DNA from: Actinomycetota bacterium
GTDB taxonomy: Bacteria; Actinomycetota; Thermoleophilia; UBA2241
Direction: 5' to 3'
Length of the DNA stretch: 34,847 nucleotides
Assembly (NCBI GenBank): GCA_026392265.1
Contig: JAPLCL010000190.1
Span: forward strand, 1 to 34,847
Position numbers and translations under genes: made by a program. How positions within the stretch are numbered: position 1 is the stretch's first letter; every line of letters begins with the position of its first letter. Of this stretch, positions 16,726 through 24,360 are shown one piece after another. Under the pieces are notes generated by a model that was not told the DNA's origin, did no database searches, and worked only from the letters and a program-made list of their open reading frames with translations.

Positions 16726-17718
16726 TTACTTGGCGAAGCCGAACACGTACACCAGATAGGCGAAGTACACCGATCCGGCGCCGCCCAACGACCACCACGT
16801 GAGCCTGTGCCTGATGCGCAGCGTGAGGTAGAAGACCGTGCCGCTGGTCAGCGCCAGCAGGCCGCTCACGAGAGCGTCGGTGGTCAGCTGCCACGTCGTG
16901 AAGAGCAGGCCCACCGTCACGGGGAAAGTAGACTGGAACACCATCGCCCCGGTGATGTTGCCGAGTGCCAGGGCGTCTTTGCGCTGGCGGATCCACAGCA
17001 CGGAGTTGAACTTCTCCGGCAGCTCAGTGGCGATGGGCGTGATGAGGAGGGACACGATGAGGGGGGCCGCGCCCAGTGTCTCGCTCAGGGTCGTGATCTC
17101 TTTGACGAAGATCTCGGCGCCGAGCACGATGCCGAGGAGGGCCACCCCGATCTGCAAGAAGATGCGGTAACGATGCGGCATCTCCGGGTGCCGGTGGAAG
17201 TACAGAGGCCTGGTCTCGCCCTCGAGGTCACCCTCGGCGCGCAGCGTCTCCCAGACGTAGTAGCCGTAGAAGGCGATGAGCCCGGCGGCGAGCGCATAGT
17301 GCAGCGGGCGCACTTGGATCAGGCCGGCGCCCATGGCCAGCGCGTAGGCGATGAGAAAGTGGCTGAGGTCGCGGCGCATGACCTCCTCGTTCACGGCGAC
17401 CGCGAGCTCGCGACGGCCGCGCCACGTGAAGATCACGACGGCCGCGGCGGTGACGACCATCGCCAGGCTGGCGAGCATGAACGGCGCCCCCAGGATGGCG
17501 CCCACGCCGATGTCGTCGGCGGCCTGCCCGCCCGTGAACACGATGGCGATGATCGGCACGAGGGTCTCGGGGAGGGCCGTGCCGACCGCCGCAAGGACGC
17601 TGCCCACGGCCCCTTCGCCGAGCTCGTAGCGGCGGCCGAACCACTCGACGCCGTTGGTGAACAGCTCGGCCGAGGCGAGGATGATACCGAGGGCGATGAT
17701 CAGCAGGACTTCGGACAT
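16726..17718 (-). CDS. Na+/Ca2+ exchanger (CaCA) family membrane protein
   Basis: 330 aa and polytopic. It has two alpha-repeat-like signatures, GTALPETLV and IATELPEKF. Confidence 0.8.
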   Translation of the reverse strand: MSEVLLIIALGIILASAELFTNGVEWFGRRYELGEGAVGSVLAAVGTALPETLVPIIAIVFTGGQAADDIGVGAILGAPFMLASLAMVVTAAAVVIFTWRGRRELAVAVNEEVMRRDLSHFLIAYALAMGAGLIQVRPLHYALAAGLIAFYGYYVWETLRAEGDLEGETRPLYFHRHPEMPHRYRIFLQIGVALLGIVLGAEIFVKEITTLSETLGAAPLIVSLLITPIATELPEKFNSVLWIRQRKDALALGNITGAMVFQSTFPVTVGLLFTTWQLTTDALVSGLLALTSGTVFYLTLRIRHRLTWWSLGGAGSVYFAYLVYVFGFAK

Positions 17719-17733
17719 GGCGGCGGCAAGGAT

Positions 17734-17775
17734 AGCAGAAGGGCCGGGCCGCCTGCGGCGGCCCGGCCCTTCTGC
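17734..17775 (-). terminator. Perfect 19-bp hairpin downstream of the permease gene and 16 nt upstream of the CaCA start
   Basis: AGCAGAAGGGCCGGGCCGC (17734-17752), loop CTGC, then GCGGCCCGGCCCTTCTGCT (17757-17775). It lies between the permease stop (17803) and the CaCA start (17718). There is no clear U-tract. Confidence 0.6.
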
Positions 17776-17802
17776 TAATGATCTAGTGGATGAGCCTGCG
17801 TA

Positions 17803-19239
17803 TCAGACCCAGCCCTTGACCTGGAGCAGCGGGATAAGGAAGTACAGGATGAAGCCCGCGGAGGCCAGCCACAGCATCCAGCTCACCTCGCGCGCCTTGC
17901 CTTGCGTGATGCGGATGAGCGTGTAGGCGATGAAGCCGAAGCCGATGCCGTTGGTGATGCTGTAGGTGAGCGGCATGATGGTCATGATGAGGATGGCCGG
18001 CAGGCCGAAGGCGACGTTGGCGAAGTTGATCGACGCCTGGCAGGCGCCGGTGTCGTGCTCGGCCTCGCTCTCGCCCTTGGTGAGCGTGGCCATCATCAGG
18101 TAGCCCACGATGATGAGCGCCGGTGCGGTGGCCGCCGCGGGAACGACCGCGGCGATCGGCGAGAAGAACATCGCCAGCAGGAACAGCACGCCGACGATGA
18201 CGGCGACCCAGCCGGTGCGGCCGCCCTGCGCCACGCCGGCGCCGGATTCGATGTAGGTGGTCGCCGACGAAGCGCTCACGGCGCCGCCGGCCACGGCGGC
18301 CAGCGAGTCGACGAGGAGCGGCCGGTTGACCTGTGGCAGGTCGCCGTCATCGTCGAGGTAGCCGGCCTGGCCACCGACGCCGACGAGCGTGCCCATGGTG
18401 TCGAAGAAGTCGCTCAGCATGAGGCTGAAGATCCAGAGGATGGCGGCGGTCACGCCGAGTTTGGCAAAGGCGCCGAAGTCGAAGGCGCCCACCAGGCTGA
18501 AGTCGGGCGCCGCGAAGACCTTGCTGGGGATGACGGCGGTGCCCTCCATGAACGAGGTCTTGTCGTAGGCGTAGTTGAGGATGATCGCGAGGATCGTGGA
18601 GAAGAGGATCCCGAGGATGATGGCACCGCGCCATTTGCGCGTGAACATGATGATGGTGATCACGAGGCCAAAGAGGGTGACCGCCACCGGCACGCCGACG
18701 AAGGTCCCCAGCGACAGCGGCGTGCCGCCCCCACCCACGACGAGGCCGCCGTCGACGAGGCCGATGAATAGGATGAAGAAGCCGATGCCGACGACGATAG
18801 CCTTCTTAAGCTCGAGCGGTATAGCCTTGAAGATAGCCTCGCGGAAGCCGGTGAGCACGAGGATCGTGATGGCTACGCCTTCGAGCACGACGAGGCCCAT
18901 GGCACTCTTGAAGGTGAGGCCTTGGCCCAATACGAGGCTGAAGGCGACGACCGCGTTGAGGCCCATACCGGGGGCGATGGCGTAGGCCCGGTTGGTGAAG
19001 AGGCCCATGACGATGGTCAGCACGCCGGCCACAAGGCAGGTCGAGGTGAGCGCGGCCGCGAACGGCAGGCCCTTGCCCTCCAGACCGAGGATGCTCGGGT
19101 TCACGAAGATGATGTACGACATGACGATGAACGTCGTGAGCCCGGCGAGGGTGTCGCGCTTGAGCGACGTGTTCCACTGCTTGAACTTGAAAAAGCGCTC
19201 CAGCGCGTTGTTCGGGCCGACGTCGGCGGCGGCTTCCAT
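17803..19239 (-). CDS. NCS2-family purine permease (AzgA-type adenine/guanine/hypoxanthine transporter)
   Basis: 478 aa. The N-terminus LERFFKFKQWNTSLKRDTLAGLTTFIVMSYIIFVNPSIL is characteristic of AzgA/PbuG-type permeases. About 12-13 hydrophobic helices. GAAGGAGG lies upstream of the ATG. Confidence 0.85.
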   Translation of the reverse strand: MEAAADVGPNNALERFFKFKQWNTSLKRDTLAGLTTFIVMSYIIFVNPSILGLEGKGLPFAAALTSTCLVAGVLTIVMGLFTNRAYAIAPGMGLNAVVAFSLVLGQGLTFKSAMGLVVLEGVAITILVLTGFREAIFKAIPLELKKAIVVGIGFFILFIGLVDGGLVVGGGGTPLSLGTFVGVPVAVTLFGLVITIIMFTRKWRGAIILGILFSTILAIILNYAYDKTSFMEGTAVIPSKVFAAPDFSLVGAFDFGAFAKLGVTAAILWIFSLMLSDFFDTMGTLVGVGGQAGYLDDDGDLPQVNRPLLVDSLAAVAGGAVSASSATTYIESGAGVAQGGRTGWVAVIVGVLFLLAMFFSPIAAVVPAAATAPALIIVGYLMMATLTKGESEAEHDTGACQASINFANVAFGLPAILIMTIMPLTYSITNGIGFGFIAYTLIRITQGKAREVSWMLWLASAGFILYFLIPLLQVKGWV

Positions 19240-19340
19240 AGACCTCGTCCTCCTTCAGGGTGATGATGCGGGGGCAAGAACTGGCAGAGTGTATCGCACG
19301 AGGACAGGGTGACGATACGGGAATGTAACAGCGTGGATCA

Positions 19341-19370
19341 TTGACGCCATGCGTGGCACCCGGGTATCCT
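19341..19370 (+). promoter_or_regulatory. Candidate sigma-A-type promoter for the MgtE-N/CBS gene
   Basis: TTGACG (19341-19346), an 18-nt spacer, then TATCCT (19365-19370). It is about 50 nt upstream of the GTG at 19421, in the locally less GC-rich divergent intergenic region. Confidence 0.35.
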
Positions 19371-19420
19371 CGCCGCGTCCCGCGGGGTCCCCCGCAGGCG
19401 AAAGGATGTGAATCTTCTCC

Positions 19421-20683
19421 GTGGACGACGACCCAGGTTCGCTGGCCCTCTCCGAGCTCGAAGACATGACCGTTGTCGACGCCGCCGGCACGCCCATCGG
19501 CGAGCTGCTCGATGTCGTCGCCCTGTGCGCCTCCGAGACCGCGGTGGTCACCGGCTTCTTCGTCGAACGTGACGACGACAAGTACCGCGCCTCCTGGGCG
19601 CAGGTCGCCGTGATCGACGTCGACGCCGAGAGGCTGCACCTCTCGTGCCTCGCCGCCGACCTCGAGCCTGCCTCGATCCGCGGTGACGAGCTCGCCCTCG
19701 TCGATGCCGTGCTCGATAACCAGGTGCTCGACATGCGGCGCCGCGTGTTCGTGCGTGTGCAGGACGTGCTGCTCGAAGCCCGCGATGGCGGGCTCGTCGT
19801 GGGTGGTGTGGACGCGAGCTCCGGCGCGCTGGCGCGACGCTTCGGTCTCGGCTTCCTCTCGCGTCGTCTGCCGCGACGCAGCGGCGATTTCGTGCCGTGG
19901 GCCGATGTCAATCTCATCGCCCTGCGGCTGTCGCAGCTCAACTTCTTCGAGGCGTTCGCCGAGCTCGCCGAGCTGCACCCGGTCGACATCGCCGACGTGA
20001 TCAGCCAGGTGGGCCCGCGGGAGCGCGCGGCCGTGCTGGCCGCGCTCAACACGGGCCTCGCCGCCGACACCCTCCAGGAGATGGAAGAGGAGCTGCGCAC
20101 GGCGGCGCTGCAGGATATGCCGCTGGAGCGCGCCGTGGCGGTGCTCGAGCAGATCGAGACCGACGAAGCCGCCGATATCCTCAGCGACCTGCCCGACGAG
20201 CTCTCACAGCAGCTCCTTGCGCGTCTCCCCGACGACCGCGAAGAAGACCTGCGTGAGCTGGCCAGCCATCCCGAGCATACGGCCGGGTCACTCATGACCA
20301 CCGATTTTGTGGCCTTGCCTGTCGGCTTCACGGCCGGCGCGGCTCTCGCCTGGATCCGCACCGAACGACCCGAGCAGCACGCGATGACCTACCTGTACTT
20401 CACGCTTGCGGACGGTCGGCTCATCGGTGTCGCGAGCCTCAGGGACCTGGTACTCGCCGAGCCCGACCGGCCCGTCGCCGAGCTCATGGAGGACGACGTC
20501 GTCGAGATCGCCGCCGACGTGGACGAAGAGGAGGTCGGCCGCATCATGACCAAGTACGATCTCCTCGCCATCCCGGTCGTCGACGAGGAGCGCCGGCTCG
20601 TGGGCATCGTCACGCTCGATGATGCGCTCGACGCGGTACTCCCCGACGACTGGAAGCAGCGGCTGCCGCGCCTGTTCCGCTAG
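19421..20683 (+). CDS. PRC-barrel + MgtE N-terminal domain + CBS-pair protein with no MgtE transmembrane domain
   Basis: 420 aa. Two PRC-barrel-like segments (VVDAAGTPIGELLDVV; VLDNQVLDMRRRVFVRVQDVLL). MgtE_N-like: LHPVDIADVISQVGPRERAAVLAAL...DEAADILSDLPDE. CBS pair: LMTTDFVALP...RLIGVASLRDL and DLLAIPVVDEERRLVGIVTLDD. The ORF ends without any hydrophobic helices. Confidence 0.8.
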   Translation: MDDDPGSLALSELEDMTVVDAAGTPIGELLDVVALCASETAVVTGFFVERDDDKYRASWAQVAVIDVDAERLHLSCLAADLEPASIRGDELALVDAVLDNQVLDMRRRVFVRVQDVLLEARDGGLVVGGVDASSGALARRFGLGFLSRRLPRRSGDFVPWADVNLIALRLSQLNFFEAFAELAELHPVDIADVISQVGPRERAAVLAALNTGLAADTLQEMEEELRTAALQDMPLERAVAVLEQIETDEAADILSDLPDELSQQLLARLPDDREEDLRELASHPEHTAGSLMTTDFVALPVGFTAGAALAWIRTERPEQHAMTYLYFTLADGRLIGVASLRDLVLAEPDRPVAELMEDDVVEIAADVDEEEVGRIMTKYDLLAIPVVDEERRLVGIVTLDDALDAVLPDDWKQRLPRLFR

Positions 20684-20699
20684 GCCGTCGCGCCGCCGT

Positions 20700-21299
20700 T
20701 CAGACGGGCTGCGCCGCCGCCGGCGCCTCCACTCTCTCCCAGGCGACGCTGTGGCGCGGCGCGGCGACGAGCGTGGCGAGGTCAAGGCGAAAGCGGGCGA
20801 TCTCGCCCTTGGACTGGACTTTGCGAAAGCCGCCGCCTTCGAGCACCTCGGGGTGGAACAGGTTGAGCTCGCGGATGTAGCCGCGAAACGGGTCTCCGGG
20901 GCGCGCCCGTGTCAGGCCGAAGGCTTCGAGTGCCGCGACGCGGCGGTGCTTGAGCGACGCCTCGATCTCCTGGAGCAGGAACTGGAAGCCGCGCAGGTAC
21001 TCCTCGTCATAGAAGTACGAACAGGTGAGGACGTAGGCGTCGGGTGAGGGTGGACCGGCGGGCAGGCAATGCGCCCGCGGCAGCAAGCGCGCTGCGGCGG
21101 TGTGCATCCAGCCGACGACCGCGCCGCCTTCGAGCAGCGCACGGCCGAAGAAGCCGGCTTCGGCTTCGGCCTCCTGTTCCCAGACCTGACGCAGATCGGG
21201 CGCCGGGATCGCGGCGGGCAGCGTCTGCCACCAGACGCAGCCTTGGCACGCCGGCGCCAGCAGGTCGCGGGTGCCGGCGCTGAGGTCGATCGCCCTCAC
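20700..21299 (-). CDS. Hypothetical protein with an N-terminal CxxCxWW motif and a possible degenerate GNAT fold
   Basis: C-terminal 199 codons of the spurious 829-aa track ORF. The GTG at 21299 overlaps the Asp23 stop (GTGA). Strong G/C third-position bias in this frame. Sequence: RAIDLSAGTRDLLAPACQGCVWWQT...VVGWMH...YFYDEEYLRGFQFLLQEIEASLKHRRVAALEAFG. Confidence 0.6.
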   Translation of the reverse strand: MRAIDLSAGTRDLLAPACQGCVWWQTLPAAIPAPDLRQVWEQEAEAEAGFFGRALLEGGAVVGWMHTAAARLLPRAHCLPAGPPSPDAYVLTCSYFYDEEYLRGFQFLLQEIEASLKHRRVAALEAFGLTRARPGDPFRGYIRELNLFHPEVLEGGGFRKVQSKGEIARFRLDLATLVAAPRHSVAWERVEAPAAAQPV

Positions 21300-21637
21300 T
21301 CGTCGGCGGCGGCAGCGATGTCGTCCACGTACACCTCGACATGGGTGATCGGCGTGCCGGTGGTGCGCTCGAGGTAGGTCGCACCGGCGCGCGCGACGGC
21401 CTCGCACACGGTCGGGATGCCGGCGTCTTGGTCGACGATGAGGTGTACTTCGAGCACCGGCCCGGCGTCGTCCTCCTCGAGGCGCACCGGGCCGTGGCGC
21501 TCCAGGTGCACGCGTTCGCCCAGGGTCTGCAGGGGGTTGCGGTGGAGGTCCGCCACACCGGGGATGCCCTTGATCGCGTCCCACACGGTGCTGGTGATGA
21601 CTTCGGCCGAGAAGCTGGGCCCGGGTCGTTCGCGCAC
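21296..21637 (-). CDS. Asp23/Gls24-family envelope stress protein
   Basis: 113 aa. EVITSTVWDAIKGIPGVADLH...VLEVHLIVDQDAGIPTVCEAVARAGATYLERTTGTPITHVEVYVDDI matches the Asp23 pattern (surface-loop region followed by V.V.V.di). Confidence 0.8.
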   Translation of the reverse strand: MRERPGPSFSAEVITSTVWDAIKGIPGVADLHRNPLQTLGERVHLERHGPVRLEEDDAGPVLEVHLIVDQDAGIPTVCEAVARAGATYLERTTGTPITHVEVYVDDIAAAADE

Positions 21638-21845
21638 GTCGCCCCTTCCGTCGCTGGTGGCGCGAGTATACCGCCGCCGCGAGGCGCGCGGGGATCACGG
21701 ATCCACCGCTGTTTGCCACTGTGCGAGGCGCTCCCCTATACTCCTTGCGCACCAACGGGGCCCGACCCCGTGTCCTGGTGTACCCTGAGCGACGATCGGG
21801 GCGGTCATCACGAGCGACGACATCACGATCTACCGTGCGGACTGG

Positions 21846-23252
21846 GTGCTGCCCGTGGCGGCGCCGGTGCTGGCCGACGGAGGGCTCGCCGTGAACGGCG
21901 AGCGCATCGTCGGCGTGGGCCCGGCGCCCGACCTCACGGCCGCTCATCCGGAGGCGCGGGTCGTCGATCTCGGGCGCGCCGTCATCATGCCCGGCTTCGT
22001 CAACTGTCACAGCCATATCGAATACACGTCCTTCCGCGGAATCCTCGACGATGCCGCCTTCGGTGACTGGATCATCAGCCTCGTGGACGTGAAAGCCGCG
22101 CTGACCCCCGACGAGTACCTGGCCAGCGCTAAGCTCGGCGCCCTCGAGGCTATCTCGTCCGGCATCACCACCATCGCCGACACGAGTTACGGCGCCGCCA
22201 CGCTCGAGGCGGGCGCCGCGGCCGGCCTCCGCGGCCGCCTGTATCTCGAGGTCTTCGGCGTCGACGACAAGCGGCTCGACGAGACCATGGCGGATGTCGA
22301 GCGGCGTCTCGGCGAGGCGCAGGCGGCCGCGCCGCCGCGCTTCGACGTCGGCCTGGCGCCTCACGCGCCCTACACGGTCTCCAGCCGTCTCTATCAGGCG
22401 ATCTCGGGGCTGGCCCGTGAGCGTGGCCTCAAGGTCATGAGTCACGTCGCCGAGAGCAAAGAGGAGCTCACCTACATCCGCTCCGGATCGGGCAAGTTCG
22501 CCCACGACTACCGCGAGAAGATGGGCTGGGAGAGGATGCTCGTACAGCCCTTCGGCGTGAGCCCTATCAAGTACCTGCAACAGTGGGCCGTCTTCGACGC
22601 GGATTTCCTCGCCGTCCATTGCGTACAGGTGAGCCGCGACGATATTCGCATCCTCAAGGCCAAGAACGTTGCCGTCGCTCACTGCCCCAAGGGCAACGCG
22701 AAGCTGGGCTGTGGCGTCATGCCCCTGGCCGACCTGCTGCACGAGGGCGTGCGCGTCGGCTTGGGCACCGACAGCCCGGCGTCCAGCAACATCATGGACA
22801 TGTTCGACGAGATGCGCACGATGCTCTTCCTGCACCGCGCGGTCGAGCGCGACGTCACGGTGCTCGACGCGCCGAAGTGCGTGCGCATCGCCACGCTGGG
22901 CGGCGCCGAGGCGCTGGGCATGCAGGACGACATCGGCAGTCTCGAGCCGGGTAAGTTCGCCGATTTCATCGCCGTCGACGTCTCCAAGTCGCACTTCGCA
23001 CCCATCGACGAGCCGTACTCGGCGCTCGTCTACGGCGCCAATCAGGATGACGTACTGCTCACGGTGGTCGGCGGTGACGTGCTCTTCCACGAGCGCGGGT
23101 ACACGGGCCTCGACGCGGAGGCTATCAGGCGCGCCGCCGTCGGAGTGCGCGTGAAGCTGCGCGACCGCGTGCGCGCCGGAGGCGTCCATGTGGGCGCCGC
23201 TGAATCAGGCTGGTGGCAGACTGCCACGGCTCCAGGAGAGGGGACCCCCTAA
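21846..23252 (+). CDS. Metal-dependent amidohydrolase, deaminase/chlorohydrolase subgroup (MtaD/SsnA-like)
   Basis: 468 aa from the first canonical start (GTG). Motifs: PGFVNCHSHIEYT (HxH), SHVAESKEE, VAVAHCP, LGTDSPASSN (Asp ligand). Homology-like sequence continues upstream of this start (see findings). Confidence 0.8.
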   Translation: MLPVAAPVLADGGLAVNGERIVGVGPAPDLTAAHPEARVVDLGRAVIMPGFVNCHSHIEYTSFRGILDDAAFGDWIISLVDVKAALTPDEYLASAKLGALEAISSGITTIADTSYGAATLEAGAAAGLRGRLYLEVFGVDDKRLDETMADVERRLGEAQAAAPPRFDVGLAPHAPYTVSSRLYQAISGLARERGLKVMSHVAESKEELTYIRSGSGKFAHDYREKMGWERMLVQPFGVSPIKYLQQWAVFDADFLAVHCVQVSRDDIRILKAKNVAVAHCPKGNAKLGCGVMPLADLLHEGVRVGLGTDSPASSNIMDMFDEMRTMLFLHRAVERDVTVLDAPKCVRIATLGGAEALGMQDDIGSLEPGKFADFIAVDVSKSHFAPIDEPYSALVYGANQDDVLLTVVGGDVLFHERGYTGLDAEAIRRAAVGVRVKLRDRVRAGGVHVGAAESGWWQTATAPGEGTP

Positions 23253-23918
23253 GTGCTGCTCGACCGTCAACGAGTGAAATTCTGGCAGAAGTGGGTGTTC
23301 GGGTTCATGGCCATCATCATGGCCGGCTTCCTGATCATGATCCCGCTGAGCAAAGAAACGGGCTGCGGCGGCGGCAGCACTACCTCCGCCATCACGCAGC
23401 TGAACAAGGACATCGCCAAGTACCAGGCGGCCGTCGAAGCCGATCCCAAGAATGTCGAGGCCTGGCGGAGTCTGGCCGAGAACTACGTGCTGCGCGCCAA
23501 CGTGCAGACGCAGGGCTCCGCCGCCCAAGAGGCCGACTGGCGCATCGCGGCGCAGAACTACGAGCGCGCCGTCAAGCTGCTCGGCAAGCAGAAGGGCGCC
23601 GCCGCCAAGCAGCTGCGCCTCGACACGCTGCAGCAGCTGGTGAGCGTCTATCTGTTCCTGCAGGACCCCCAGATGGCACTCAACGTCTACGGGCAGATCA
23701 CCGCGCTCAAGCCGAAGGACGCGCAGTCGTTCTACGAAATGGCGACCATGGCCATACAGGCCAAAGACACCAGCACGGCACTGCTCGCCTTCACCACGTT
23801 CCTCAAGCTCGCTCCGGACTCGGCCGACGCGCCGGCGGTCAGAGAGTGGATCGCCGCCAACTCTGGCACGCCTACGCCGACCCCGTCACCGTCGTCAAGC
23901 GCGGGAGGCGGGCAATGA
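23253..23918 (+). CDS. Membrane-anchored TPR-like repeat protein with a Thr/Pro/Ser tail
   Basis: 221 aa. The GTG start directly abuts the amidohydrolase TAA. TM helix: WVFGFMAIIMAGFLIMIPL. TPR-like helices: DPKNVEAWRSLAENYVL, NYERAVKLL, ALNVYGQITALKPKDAQSFYEMA, ALLAFTTFLKLAPD. Confidence 0.65.
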   Translation: MLLDRQRVKFWQKWVFGFMAIIMAGFLIMIPLSKETGCGGGSTTSAITQLNKDIAKYQAAVEADPKNVEAWRSLAENYVLRANVQTQGSAAQEADWRIAAQNYERAVKLLGKQKGAAAKQLRLDTLQQLVSVYLFLQDPQMALNVYGQITALKPKDAQSFYEMATMAIQAKDTSTALLAFTTFLKLAPDSADAPAVREWIAANSGTPTPTPSPSSSAGGGQ

Positions 23919-24265
23919 GCGATTCCTTCCGCGTCTCGGGCGAGCGGGCCGGCGACGGACTCGGTGTGGTCGCCCTGTCCGGCGAGGTCGACATCTACAC
24001 CGCGCCTCAGTTCAAGGAGTGCATGGTGGGGCTCCTCGACGTCGGTGTCGACAGCCTGGTCGTCGACCTGAGCGACGTCACCTTCATCGACTCCACGGCG
24101 CTCGGCGTGCTCATCGGCGGAGTGCGCCGTGTGCACACCGCCGGAGGGGCCATGGCCCTGGTCGTCACCAACCGCGCCGTGGAGCGCGTTCTTTCGATCA
24201 CAGGCCTGGACCGCATCTTCACGATCCACGCCACCCGCGAGGCCGCGCTCGAGTCGCTCGCCTGA
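23915..24265 (+). CDS. STAS-domain anti-sigma-factor antagonist (BldG/RsfB-like)
   Basis: Last 116 codons of track ORF 23213..24265. The ATG overlaps the TPR stop (ATGA), and GGGAGG lies upstream. VVALSGEVDIYTAPQFKE...LVVDLSDVTFIDSTALGVLIGG...LVVTNRAVERVLSITGLDRIFTIH contains the phosphorylatable DST(A/G)LG motif. Confidence 0.85.
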   Translation: MSDSFRVSGERAGDGLGVVALSGEVDIYTAPQFKECMVGLLDVGVDSLVVDLSDVTFIDSTALGVLIGGVRRVHTAGGAMALVVTNRAVERVLSITGLDRIFTIHATREAALESLA

Positions 24266-24360
24266 CCGCGCGGCCATCGTCATCTCGACACCGGGGTCCG
24301 CGCGGTGGTATTAACTCCCATTGTCCGGGGCTGCCCGGTCACAGCGACTGAGGTAGGTCC

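Noticed and set aside
19240-19420. Possible purine riboswitch upstream of the NCS2 permease, or an M-box upstream of the MgtE-N gene
   Set aside because: I read both strands. I found none of the purine-riboswitch junction elements (UAUAAU-type J1/2, the conserved loop-loop sequences, CCGACUA-type J3/1). Nothing resembles the about 160-nt M-box either. There is only a 6-bp inverted repeat (GTATCG-N16-CGATAC) and promoter-like hexamers.
21300-23189. The N-terminal 630 codons of the 829-aa minus-strand ORF 20700..23189
   Set aside because: This part is antisense to the amidohydrolase and out of frame across the Asp23 gene, and it is Arg/Gly/Asp-rich with no motifs. Only the last 199 codons (from the GTG at 21299) show protein-like composition and start/stop coupling to Asp23.
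24265-24306. Inverted repeat ACCGCGCGG...CCGCGCGGT after the STAS gene as a terminator
   Set aside because: The 9-bp stem encloses a 24-nt loop and has no T-run. It is too weak and atypical to call, and may just be GC-rich chance complementarity or part of the topA promoter region.
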